Source: Eledone cirrhosa
Lineage: Eukaryota
Assembly (NCBI GenBank): GCA_964016885.1
Contig: OZ024740.1
Span: 437,596,001 to 437,660,000, forward strand
Length of the DNA: 64,000 bases
Direction of reading: 5' to 3'
In this document: positions 1 through 11,420 of the stretch, in pieces
How the letters are laid out: each line of letters opens with the position of its first letter
How positions within the stretch are numbered: position 1 is the first letter of the stretch
Notes under the pieces: generated by a model
What the model was told of the DNA's origin: nothing
Database searches by the model: none
What the model saw: the letters and a program-made list of their open reading frames with translations, nothing else
Program-made: the position numbers and the translations under genes

Positions 1-664
1 TGGGGCAGAGAATGGAGTTCCTACCTACACCTTTCCTACATACTGAGCAAGGCCGTTTCCCTGAGGGGATCTGGGTTCTGTTTTCACATCTACTTACAAG
101 GATCTTAGTCTTTGTCAGGTTGACTTTGAAACCCTTTCTTTCTAGTCCCTGCTTCCAAGTTTGGAATTTCTTCTCTAGTTCTACCATAGATTCAGCTATA
201 AGTGCGAGGTCATCTGCATACAGGAGTTCCCATGGGCATCCAGTCTTAAACTCCTCTGTTATTGCCTGCAGGACTATGATGAACAGGAGAGGGCTAAGCA
301 CAGAGCCCTGGTGGACACTGACCTGTATGCTAAATTCCTCGATATACTCATTGCTAATCCTAACTTTGCTGGCTGCTCCCCTATACATGGCTTGTACAGC
401 TTTCACAAGCCATTCATCTACTCCTAGTTTTCTAAGAGCCCACCAGATTATAGCATGGGGAACTCTGTCAAAGGCTTTCTCAAAATCGACAAGTGCCAGG
501 TAGAGTGGCTTACGTTTAGCTAAGTACTTTTCCTGTAACTGCCTTACAAGGAAGAGGGCATCTTCTTGGCACAAACCCAAATTGCATCTCATCTAGTTTC
601 ACCCGCTTCATAATCAACTGTGCTATAACTCTTTCTGTTACTTTCACGACCTGGTCCATCAGCT
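1..664 (-). pseudogene. 5'-truncated RTE-clade LINE reverse transcriptase fragment, running off the left edge of the window
   Basis: Minus strand encodes LMDQVVKVTERVIAQLI..KLDEMQFGFVP, then after a frameshift ..HQGSVLSPLLFII..PWELLYADDL. It closely matches 14350-15020. The 5' end abuts (TA/CA)n. Confidence 0.92.
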
Positions 665-707
665 CTCCTATACATATATATACATATATACATATATGTG
701 TGTGTGT

Positions 708-826
708 GAAGGTGCATGGATGAGTGGTTAGAGAATTGGGTTCATAATCGTGAGGTTGTGAGTTCAATTCCTGGACCAGGCGCTGTGTTATGTCCTTGAG
801 CAAGACACTTTATTTCACGTTGTTCC
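708..826 (+). mobile_element. tRNA-derived SINE head plus CORE-like domain (diverged relative of SINE family 1)
   Basis: A-box-like TGGATGAGTGG and B-box GAGTTCAATTCC, followed by TGTCCTTGAGCAAGACACTTTATTTCAC, which is shared with the family-1 SINEs. Confidence 0.8.
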
Positions 827-950
827 TTCTACCTGGAGTTGAGACCGATAGATAGTATTAGCAATTGTAAAGATACATTGTTTCCTTGGTCCGATTTGAT
901 GAAAGTCAATCGACTGTCGATATGTGTGTGTCTGTGTGTGTATATAAATG

Positions 951-1020
<70 letters not shown>

Positions 1021-1044
1021 CATTTATATACACACCCTTTACAG

Positions 1045-1157
1045 TCTGAGTTCAAATCCCGCCGAGGTTAACTTTGCCTTTCATCCTTACGGGGTCGATA
1101 AAATAAAGTACCAGTAATGCACTGGGTAATTGCTGGCCTTGTGCCTAAAGTAGAAAC

Positions 1158-1162
<5 letters not shown>
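1045..1162 (+). mobile_element. SINE family 2 (tRNA head plus Meta-like domain), 5'-truncated
   Basis: GAGTTCAAATCCC B-box, then GCCTTTCATCCTTACGGGGTCGATAAAATAAAGTACCAG. Near-identical to the copies at 52495 and 55849. Confidence 0.85.
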
Positions 1163-1201
<39 letters not shown>

Positions 1202-1204
<3 letters not shown>

Positions 1205-1937
1205 GCTACGTTGGTACGGTCACGTGATGCGGATGAAAGACGACAGCTGTATAACAAAGTGCAGTGCAATAAAGATAGACGGTAGCCACGGAGTAGGCAG
1301 ACCCAGAAAAACATGGGACGAGCTGATAAATTCCGACCTCACACGCTTACACCTCTCCAAGACAATGTCACTGGACCGAGACCTTTGGCGGTACTCAGTA
1401 ATAGAGAAGACCCGCCTTACCTAAATACAAAGTAAAAACCTACTACAGTCAGTAGGCATCTCTATCAAAACACCCCCTGGTCCCACCACCTCCACCCAAT
1501 CCACATCGCCCCTTTCAATGTAAAGTTATGTTGGTCCCACAACATCCAGGCCGAAACAAATGAGATCGTGTAGGTGTCACGACAAAAAAACACACAGTCC
1601 ACGCTGTAAATGTGGCCGTGTAGGCAACACAGTAAAAACCTCCCAGCCCCACACTGTAAATGTGGTTGGTGTTAGGAAGGGCATCCAGCTGTAGAAAACC
1701 CGCCAGACAGTCCACGCTGTAATGTGGCCGTGTAGGCAACACGGTAAAAACCTCCCAGCCCCACACTGTAAATGTGGTTGGTGTTAGGAAGGGCATCCAA
1801 CTGTAGAAAACCCGCCAGACAGTCCTATGCGAGCAAGACAACCACTCTTGCCTCAAGTGGGAAAACCCCCGTCCAAACCCATGCAAGCGTGGAACACGGA
1901 CGCTAAACCTGATGATGATGATGATGATGATGATGAT
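1202..1937 (+). mobile_element. RTE family B 3' fragment (ORF end, 3'UTR and (GAT)n tail)
   Basis: Encodes [29 protein letters not shown] and matches 43500-44104. Starts directly after (TA)n and has an internal duplication of about 110 bp in the 3'UTR. Confidence 0.92.
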
Positions 1938-2557
1938 ATGGTGGCTGCGAACTCGTTTTCGAGTACGGCCACTACTTTATATCCATGTAGGAGAACCCCT
2001 ACCGATGCGCTGAACAAGTGTGACTTCTTAGTCCAGCCAGTGACTTGAAAACTCTGGTACAAACACTACACTTGTGACAATTATTGATACATAGTGCTGG
2101 CATAGTGCTGGGCCCATGGTACCATGTGACGACAAGTGCAGAGAGATCTCCAGATATAAAGCAATGCCTGTGCCGTGAAGCTTTTATAGTGAGCAAAGGC
2201 ACTGCACAAAGCCAGTCCCACTCTCTTAACCAAGATGATATTTACCAAAAAGAAGAACAAGTCAACATCATTGGATACCATCAGAGTTGCAGGTGTTATA
2301 TCAGAGTTTTCCTTCTCCTAGAATTCTGCCTTGACTAAAGCTAAGGGGTCATCTCTCCCGGTGATTTTGGATGGCCATTGACTCTTAAGAGCTCCTTAGC
2401 CCTTTGAAAGGTTTTGTTTTTATTCCTGGAGGATGTCCAAAGTCATCCTTCTCACCAAGAAACCTTGGTGGGGTTGCCAGTTTAGCCGCCAACGACCCGA
2501 CCATGGGTCAGGTTGTACTGGGATACATGTTGCCAGTAGCACCAACTGGTGACCTGA
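1938..2557 (-). mobile_element. Probable bipartite (internally deleted, non-autonomous) RTE element: 5'UTR fused to the 3' end
   Basis: The minus strand has an RTE-5'UTR-like motif (CTAGGAGAAGGAAAACTCTG), then a C-terminal C2H2-like finger CSVCTRVFKSLAGLRSH..H* as in BovB-type RTEs. A CTCG-AAAA-CGAG hairpin and an (ATC)n tail follow. Confidence 0.6.
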
Positions 2558-2828
2558 CATATATATACATACATACATATATACATACATACACATATAC
2601 ATACATACACATATATGCATACATACACATATATATTTACATACATACACATATATGTATACATACATATACATACATATATATATACATACATACATAT
2701 ATATATACATATATATATATAGATATACATACATATATATATACATACATACATATATATATACATACATATATATACATATATATATATATACACACAC
2801 ATACATGCATACATATGCATACATATAT
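2558..2828. repeat. Compound (TA)/(CATA) microsatellite
   Basis: Directly visible low-complexity array. Confidence 0.97.
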
Positions 2829-2864
2829 CTAAGAATGTCTAAAGTCTGTCTCAAGCCCTAAGAT

Positions 2865-2975
2865 CAGTGTTTATCCCGGTTTCCTTGGTGTTAAGTGACT
2901 GAGAAAACAAGATACCCCCTGGACAAGACACCAGTCTATTGCAGAGTTAAACCAGATATTGCTGGTGCTCAGTTC
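2865..2975 (-). mobile_element. Degenerate SINE body/3' domain
   Basis: Minus strand CTGCAATAGACTGGTGTCTTGTCCAGGGGG..AGTCACTTAA..GGAAACCGGG resembles the widespread invertebrate SINE motif CTGCGATGGACTGGC..TCCAGGGGG (recalled, not searched). Confidence 0.5.
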
Positions 2976-3057
2976 CTGGCAAAAAGTAAAAAAATATAGA
3001 CAAATATTCATTGTATTATCATATTGGATACGTGTGTGTGTGTGTGTACATATACAT

Positions 3058-3398
3058 GGAGGCACATGGCTTAGTGGTTAGAGCAGTGGCCTTGCAATCG
3101 AAAGGTTGTGAGTTCAATTCTCAGACCGGGTGATGTTGTTTCCTTGAGCAAGACACTTTATTTCACATTGCTCCAGGTTTACTCTGCTGTAAAAATGAGA
3201 TGATAGGGACAGGGGTCCCTATCATTCCACTGCAAAGTGGTCGTGGAGGTGCCACGGCAAAAAAGCACCCAGCACTCACTGTAAATGAGATTGGTGTTAG
3301 GAAGGGCATCCAGCTGTAGAGATCAAGCCAGAATCAGTTCCCGTCCCACCCTTGCAAGCAGGGAAAAGTGGACGTTAAATGATGATGATGATGATGAT
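3058..3398 (+). mobile_element. SINE family 1, full length (tRNA head, CORE, hairpin, RTE-derived body and tail)
   Basis: GGAGGCACATGGCTTAGTGG A box, GAGTTCAATTC B box, CORE-like CCTTGAGCAAGACACTT, TGATAGGGAC/GTCCCTATCA hairpin and an RTE-C-like tail with (GAT)n. Confidence 0.92.
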
Positions 3399-3419
3399 AT
3401 ACATATATATATATATTTT

Positions 3420-3764
3420 TACATTTACATTTACATTTCATTTTACATCCGCTTTTTCCCTGCTTGCAAGGGTGGGACGGGAACTGATTCTAGCTTGATT
3501 TCTACAGCTGGATACCCTTCCTAACACCAACCTCATTTACAGTGAGTGCTGGGTGCTTTTTTGCCGTGGCACCTGCACGACCACTTTGCAGTGGAATGAT
3601 AGGGACCCCAGTCCCTATCATCTGATTTCTACAGCTGAGTAAACTGGAGCAATGTGAAATAAAGTGTCTTGCTCAAGGAAACAACACATCACCCGGTCTG
3701 AGAATTGAACTCATAACCTTTTGATTGCAAGGCCAATGCTCTAACCACTAAGCCATGTGCCTCC
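3420..3764 (-). mobile_element. SINE family 1, full length, tail-to-tail with the previous copy
   Basis: Reverse complement of 3058-3398 at high identity. Confidence 0.92.
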
Positions 3765-3776
3765 GTATATATATAA

Positions 3777-3813
<37 letters not shown>

Positions 3814-4079
3814 TGATTGATTTTTTATTAGTTTTAGAAGATCCCGTTAAGGATCCTGTTATTTTAATAAATATATATATATAAAGTGACGTTAAACGTT
3901 GATTATATATATATATATATATCATCATCATCATTTTACGCAAAGACAAAACCACGGTGGTTTTGTCTTTGCGTGTAATTGTTCTCATCGCTCCACATAA
4001 TGACGTATTATCTTCAGACGTAAAATGAAACGATGATGATGATATATATATATATATGTATATGTATATGTATATAAAT

Positions 4080-4400
4080 ATCATCATCATCATCATCCTC
4101 ATCGTTTAACGTCCATTTTCCACGCTAGCATGCGTCTGGACGGGAATTGTCCCACTTGAGGCAAGATTGGTTGTCTTACTTGTATAGGACTGTCTGGCGG
4201 GTTTTCTACGGCTGGATGCCCTTCCTAACACCAACCACGTTTACAGTGTAGACTGGGAGGTTTTTACCGTGTTACCTACATGGCCACATTACAGCGTGGA
4301 CTGTGTGTTTTTTTGTCGTGACACCTACACGACCTCATTTATTTAGGACTGGATGTTGTGGTACCAACATAGCTTTACATCGAAAGGGGTGGTGTAGATG
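4080..4400 (-). mobile_element. RTE family B 3'UTR fragment with (GAT)n tail
   Basis: Matches 10877-11180 and 49339-49650. Confidence 0.88.
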
Positions 4401-4404
4401 GCGG

Positions 4405-4415
4405 ATGTATATGTA

Positions 4416-4446
<31 letters not shown>

Positions 4447-4626
4447 ATGTATGTATATGTATATGTATATATATGTATATGTATGTATATGTATATATAT
4501 ATATGTGTATACGTATATACATGTGTATATGTATATATATATATATGTATATATATGTGTATATATATATATATGTATATATATATGTGTATATGTCTAT
4601 ATGTGTATATGTATATATATGTATAT
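4405..4626. repeat. (TA)/(TATG) microsatellite
   Basis: Directly visible. Confidence 0.97.
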
Positions 4627-6544
4627 GGTTCCTTACCACACTTCGTTATATATATATATATTTTGGAAACTCTGCTTCGTAGAATCGAGACGTATCTGAG
4701 GACCTTTCGATTTCAGAGTCAGGTTCGATCATCACATCGATCGTGCCTCGAGCTAGTCACCAGAGAAACAATTGTAATATGTCTAATAAATTTTATTCGT
4801 GGCAACACTTATTCTCCGTTTCTTATGTGATATATATATAAGCTACCAAACCTAAGCATTAATAATAAAGTCTGCTTCTCTGTGTTTCTCATTCCCAGTG
4901 TTCAGGTAAATTGTAACTAATTGTCCAAGTTAAAAGTTAACCAATTTTAGGGGTTAATGTTGTGTGTGTGTGTCTGTTTACATATATATATTTATATTAT
5001 TATACTTTGGGAGGGTCATGCTGCCAATAAATATATATACACACACACACATATATATATATGTATATACACACATACACACAATTTAGGAAATATGGAC
5101 ACTGACATGATAGACAGTAAATTATTTCAATTCTATATAGCAAATGACAGATACGGTGTAGGTGGTTTTAGATACAATAATTTGTCATTATGATGCTCCA
5201 CTGATTCTCAAAGAAAGATGAAATCACTGATGAGGGATTAACTCAACAACAAACATCTGAGAGATCATTAATATATGCAGGCTTAACAGGTAAAACAGAG
5301 TTACAACAAATTGGCTTGAAGTTGAGTTTAATTTATTTGACTTACTGATACTGTTTCTGAATAATGAGTTCCTTTAAGACTCTCAGATGTTGATGATATT
5401 GTTGTATATCAGTTTCTGTTGACAACTCAACAGAAATGTTATCAAGTGTTCCCATATAAATGGCAGTTTGGTTTTAATAGTCAATGGTTTGTCTTCTTCA
5501 TCTATCTATATTGTCAACAGTGAATACTTCTATCTTCTTGCTAGATCCTAACATCTGTTTTCTCTAACCTCTTAACTGTGTCATGAATATCCTTTGCCTC
5601 AAATCCTTCCAGATTATATTCTACCTTCATATTGTACAGAAATTATTTCCATGAAACTGCTGAATTGGATATTGAAAACTTGCCATTGCAGTTTTTGGTG
5701 GTTCCTTGTCGATATATGTCTTCTTCGACATTGTCTTCTTCTTTCACCAAGAGAAACTTCCTTGGAATCAGAGAGCAGAGAGCTGAAATGAATACTGCAA
5801 AGCATTCTATCTGACATTCTAACAACTAAGCCAATTCACTGCCTCTATCTTTAAAGTACTATAGAAACACTTCTTAAACAAGTGTTCTATCAATGTTTTT
5901 AACCTCTTAATCTCTGATGAACACACTTCCTCACCATAACAAATACTGCATCTCAAATACTAACCTTTCTCTTCAGAACCAGGAAGTGCCTCAAACCCTA
6001 ACAACAACTAACACTATCCAAAACTCAGATAAGTGCCTCAGAGCAGTACTACTCCCACATCTGGGATGGGGGTTACTAATAGACTCACAGAGTGTACCAA
6101 GAATGATAATTCATCTGATTGGCATAATGTTGCTCTCACACACACATACACACTCCAACATTTATCACTCACACACAACACGCACTCCAACCTTTAGACC
6201 ACCGACATTCTCTCTCTTCTCTTTGTCCTGTCTAATAGTACTACCGAGAACTGCTCAGAACCGGTCAGTCTTATGCTACCTTTACAGACATTCTCAACTC
6301 ATTTCTTCTCACCACTCACATTATATCCACCTCACACTAACCACCACACCCATTCCTTCCTTCCCAGAACATCAATACTCTGTAACTATGCCCCCTGCTC
6401 CTGTAACCTTTGACTCAAAACTTTTCAATAACATCAGTCTGAAGATTGTCAGTACAGACCCCATCTTTCAGAACAAACAAGTGAAAAAACAATGGTGACT
6501 TCTCTTTCTTTATATTTTCTAAATTACCCCTCTTTATGATGATA

Positions 6545-6722
6545 ATTGTTTTTACTTTTGGCACAAGGCCAACAATTACCCAATACATTACTGGTACTTT
6601 GTTATCAAGCCCATATGGATGAAAGGCAAAGTTAACCTCGGCGGGATTTGAACTCAGATCATAAAGAGACGTAATTATGCTGGAAAGCATGTCCAGCCCT
6701 CCACCGATGCTAATTCACCGCC
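6545..6722 (-). mobile_element. SINE family 2
   Basis: GGATGAAAGGCAAAGTTAACCTCGGCGGGATTTGAACTCAG on the plus strand, as in the other family-2 copies. Confidence 0.85.
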
Positions 6723-7009
6723 CTTTATGATAATAATGAACATTATTGTGTACAGTGCTCAAGTGCGCTACAACTTATATATACATATTATCTGAGTTCC
6801 ATAAGATACAGGTTTGTCTGGGAGAAACAGAACCCTACAACCTAAAATACTGAAATACTCACTTCAGTTGATCTCCATTTAAACTAACTTCCTCTCTCTA
6901 TTCTCAGGAATATATAATAATTATTTGTTTTATAATTGAGAGATTTTGTGGGAGAGAAAAATATTTAATTACTGTAATTTCACTTGAAAAGAAAATGCTG
7001 AAAATTCTG

Positions 7010-7153
7010 TTGATGATGATGGTGTTGATATTGATGATGTTGATGGTGGTGATGGTGTTGATGATGATGGTGATGATGATGATGGTGATGGTGGTGTTGA
7101 TGGTGGTGATGATGTTGTTGATGGTGGTGATGGTGGTGATGGTGATGATGATG
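7010..7153. repeat. (GAT/GGT)n trinucleotide array
   Basis: Directly visible. Confidence 0.95.
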
Positions 7154-9760
7154 TAAATCATTATATTGTAGCATCATGGAACTTTATCTGATATCATGTA
7201 AATGTTGTGTAATATTCTCATTAGACTCTTTTAATAGTCAAACTTTTCAACAGTTGCATTAATGACCATTGAAACTGATAGAAGCCTTATAAATGCTGAA
7301 GTGAAGGTTTTGTTCTTTACATAAAACTTTGTAGACAACATATGCATAATTTATAAGAATTAACTAATATGCCTATATTGTAATGACAATAAGTTGCATT
7401 AAAATAATAACATGACTTGCGGAATAAAGCTTTGGCTACTTTGAACTTTGTCACTAGTAACTGCCCTTTGCTATTTTCTCCCTGGTCCATCAAAAGTTTA
7501 TTCCCTGAGTGACATTGACATTCTAATCAGTCAGATATCTACACCTCAATATGTGCCTCTGTACTACCACCTTATCTCTCTTGCTTTTGTGTAAAGCCAG
7601 TAAAACTTGTCTATAGTTCAGTCCCTAGACACTCCTGTAGACAGACCCTGCCTTCTTATGCTCATCACAGTTAATGGCTTGACTAGAACCAATGAAATAA
7701 AGTGCTGTTTTCAAAACAAACTGTTTGTCTACATCCCAAGAGTCTAGGTGCTATTACTAGTCAGCTTACCCAATATTGTGACCAATAAAATAGAGACTCT
7801 TTTCATTGGCAAACTCTATGATAGCAACCATATTTTGTTGGCACTAAAGTCTGCAATAAAACTAGTTTATTATCTTTCACATTTATGTAATACATATCTT
7901 TTAAATACCCTTTTTAAGACTAACCACTCTACAACTTGAAACAAGCAAATAATAAACCTTGCCCAGAGACACAACACACTTATTAATAACCCCAACCAGG
8001 AATTTTATTAAGCAGCTATTTACTTTGCTAAGAGAGATATAAAGGGTAATAAATTTTAAAATCTCCTACACCAAGTGGCTTTAGACTTAAAACATGAATT
8101 TATAAAGCAGTATAGTTGAGCTCATCAGAAAATCGTTGTGGGTGGGGGAGTATTATATTTTACTTAGTGAAAGTTAACAGAAAATAACATAGAAGTGATA
8201 ATGTGGTTGCTGAGAAAAGATGTTATTTATTTAACTATTGAGGCAGCCATAGAAACTATTGAGAATGTTAGGGTAATTAGGAAGTAAAGTGAAACTGGAG
8301 GCCCTTTCATGAGGGTAAATAGTAATAGCTACAACAAACTATATGAAAATCTAAAGTGAATTGAAATGACATACTTTCTATTCTCTTGTGTTGAAAAGTG
8401 AAGTTAATTAATTTGGTGTAAAGGTTTTACTAAATGTCTGAAGCCCACTCACTCTCTCTCTCTCCCACTCTCTCCCTCTCCCACTCACCTCTCTTTCTCC
8501 CACATGCTGCTCTCTCTCTCTCTCTCTCTCCTACATGTACCCCCTCTCTCTTGGTAAATTAAGGATCAAACAATTGGTAACATTGTATTGATATTTTCAG
8601 TTTGATATTTATTAATTTTTAATGGTACATTTGCGTTTACTTTTAAGTTATGTATATACAGGACCCTAATGGAGCTGGTCGTACTGTTTGGTGTCATCTG
8701 TTTTAAACTGATTATCTGTTAATTGCTGCATTCACATGGGTACATCTTGTTAAAACTTGCCATCAAATTGATTAAACACATTCTATAGTGAGGGTTTTAA
8801 CATATCAAATAGAATAGCTTCCTATAGTCAACCTGTTCTAATGAACAAGTGGGCAGTAGTTTAACATTTATTACTTTCTTTCACAGATTATTACCGTTAA
8901 AATATATAATTTGTTTTTCTAATATTTTTAAAATAAATGTAACTTTGTTTAAGAAACAAAGTGCTTTTATTTTCTTCATATAAATTTTGTAAAAAAAAAA
9001 CTGTCTTGTTATATATATTATATTATATTATATATATAAAAAAATTCAAACCCACACATACACACATATATATATAATATATATATATTATATTATATGG
9101 TGTGTGTGTGTTTGAATTATATATATATATATAATTCAAACACACACACACACATATAATATATATATTATATATATATATGTGTGTGTATGTGTGTGTT
9201 TGAAATTTCTTTTCTTACTAAACCCATCCAACATTAAGATAGCAAACTATATTACATTTTGGAGATCCCCGGGGATATTGTTTGAGGCTGGAAACAAGTA
9301 ATCACCATATCTTTAAAAGAAAAGTAAAAAAAAAAAAAAAATGAGCATAATATTATTTTTTCTTGTTTTTGATATATTTTTAAAATTATTCCTATTTTGT
9401 GAAGAAGCAAAAGCAAGAAGAAGAATGAAGAAAGTAAATAAATAAAAAAGTCTTTGAAAGAGATAATCACTATAGGCCAAGACTTCTCACTTGTAATTTA
9501 GTTTTATCAAATTAGAGCTGTTTCTTTCCCTAGTGTATTACTGGTACACTGAGATGAGAAATAAAGCAATATAGAAGGTAATTAACATATTCTCTTCCCA
9601 TTTGCATTAAATACAACTATTTCTTACATATCAACTCTGATATTCATGGCTCTCTCTCTCTCTTTCGACCCCCCCCCCCCTCTCACTCTTCTCTCTCTCT
9701 CTCTTTCCCCTTCTCTTTCTCTCGCTCTTATACACACCCACCTACTATATGTATACACAC

Positions 9761-9798
<38 letters not shown>

Positions 9799-10211
9799 AT
9801 ATATATATGTGTATATATACACACGTACACATACATTATGTATATATCCAACTAAACCCTCTAAGGATTTGTCAAAAGGTATTTTTCAAAGGTGCTAATA
9901 ATTTATCCAATGTCATTTTATATATTTTTGGCTCTGTTCTCTGACAATATTTTTTATACGTACTGTATGTATGTGTATATATCTATATTTATGTATGTAT
10001 GTATTTAAGTAGGGATGTTATATATGTATTTGTAGGGATGTTATATATGTATTTGTATGTCAGTAGGAATGTTATGTATGTATGCATTTGTTTATATATA
10101 TATAAATGCTATTTTTCTCAAAACTAACAATAAAAAATCAAATATTTTGTAACTCATTCAATTCAAATTTTTTTTAAGTATATGCATTATTTAATAATTC
10201 ATATATATATA

Positions 10212-10660
10212 GCAAAATAGTCAGAACCCCAACGGCAGAGTTCAAGCCGTTTCGACAGCTCTTCTCCTATTACCCACTCTACTACCCAAAGTATCAAGTA
10301 CTCTGGTGTGTTATGGTCCACCTGGTTCCTTACCACACTTCCTTTGTTTTATATATATATATAGTCTGCAGTGCTGAGACCGAGGAGATCACTAATCATG
10401 TGAGTACTTGATACATGGGGAGATGTAGAGTGGATATAAAGATATGTAAAATCCCGACCATGGCACCAAGCAGTGTCGGTTGCCACACAAGCCGAAACCA
10501 CTTGATGCCATGGTCAGGATTTTACATATCTTAGCAAGAGTCGGGGGCTTGATGACAGAGCTCTTCCCATTTCAACGGCTAGTTTCAGACATCAATACTA
10601 TCCCAAATATCGAGTACTCTGTTGAATAATGGTCTAACTAGTTTGATATTGGTGTAATCC
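10212..10660. mobile_element. Cluster of three short Penelope-like pseudo-LTR remnants with partial hammerhead motifs
   Basis: Each has a GAAA-stem III-UH half hammerhead (for example GAAACCA..TGGTC at 10494-10515) in an inverted arrangement, plus a shared TATCRAGTACTC motif also seen at 54140 and 54790. Confidence 0.5.
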
Positions 10661-10876
10661 ATATATATATGGATTAGACCAAGGCCTCGGGCGCACCCGA
10701 ACTACACTGACGTCCTGTAATTCAGCGCCGAAACATCGGTTCGGGATACATTTACAGCTGACGATGGAAACTCCTTTCTTCCTTTCTCCTCCTGTTCCAC
10801 CCTAACCGCCATCCTAAACCTTGTTTTTAGTAACCACACAGCTCCTTTCGTTTCATAACTTGTGTGTAAATATATA

Positions 10877-11372
10877 TCATCATCATCGTTTAACGTCCAT
10901 ATTCCACGCTTGCATGGGTTTGGACGGGAGTTTTCCCACTTGAGGCAAGAGTGGTTGTCTTGCTTGCATAGGACTGTCTGGTGGGTTTTCTACAGCTGGA
11001 TGCCCTTCCTAACACCAACCACATTTACAGTGTGGAACTGGGAGGTTTTTACCGTGTTACCTACACGCCCACATTACAGCGTGGACTGTGTGTTTTTTGT
11101 CGTGACACCTACACGACCTCATTTGTTTCGGGCTGGATGTTGTGGTACCAACATAACTTTACGTTGAAAGGGGTGGTGTGGATGGGGTAGGGGTAGTGGG
11201 ACGGGGTGTATTTTGTTAGAGGTGCCTACTGACTGTAGTAGGTTTCACTTTGTACTTAGGTAAGGCGGGTCTTCTCTATTACTGTGTAGCGCCAAAGATC
11301 TCAGTCCAGTGACATTGTCTTGGAGAGGTGTGTGTGAGGTCGGAATTTATCAAGTCGTCCCAGGTTTTTCTG
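10877..11372 (-). mobile_element. RTE family B 3' fragment
   Basis: Reverse complement of 43600-44104, with a (CAT)n tail on the left and (TA)n at both ends. Confidence 0.92.
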
Positions 11373-11420
11373 TATATATATATACAGACACATACATACA
11401 TACATATATATATATATACA

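Noticed and set aside
3058-3130. tRNA gene
   Set aside because: A and B boxes are present, but the acceptor and anticodon stems do not pair and the sequence continues into a SINE body in many copies.
3200-3226. tetO-like TCCCTATCA palindrome
   Set aside because: It is the SINE internal hairpin. The arm order differs from tetO and there is no vector context.
4689-4735. Minus-strand GTGATGA..GAAAGGTC hammerhead
   Set aside because: C3 is missing and the stems are weak. It may be a PLE relic but is not supportable.
10690-10770. Hammerhead or other ribozyme at CTGACGTCC..GAAACATC
   Set aside because: The core is incomplete and I could not build consistent stems I-III.
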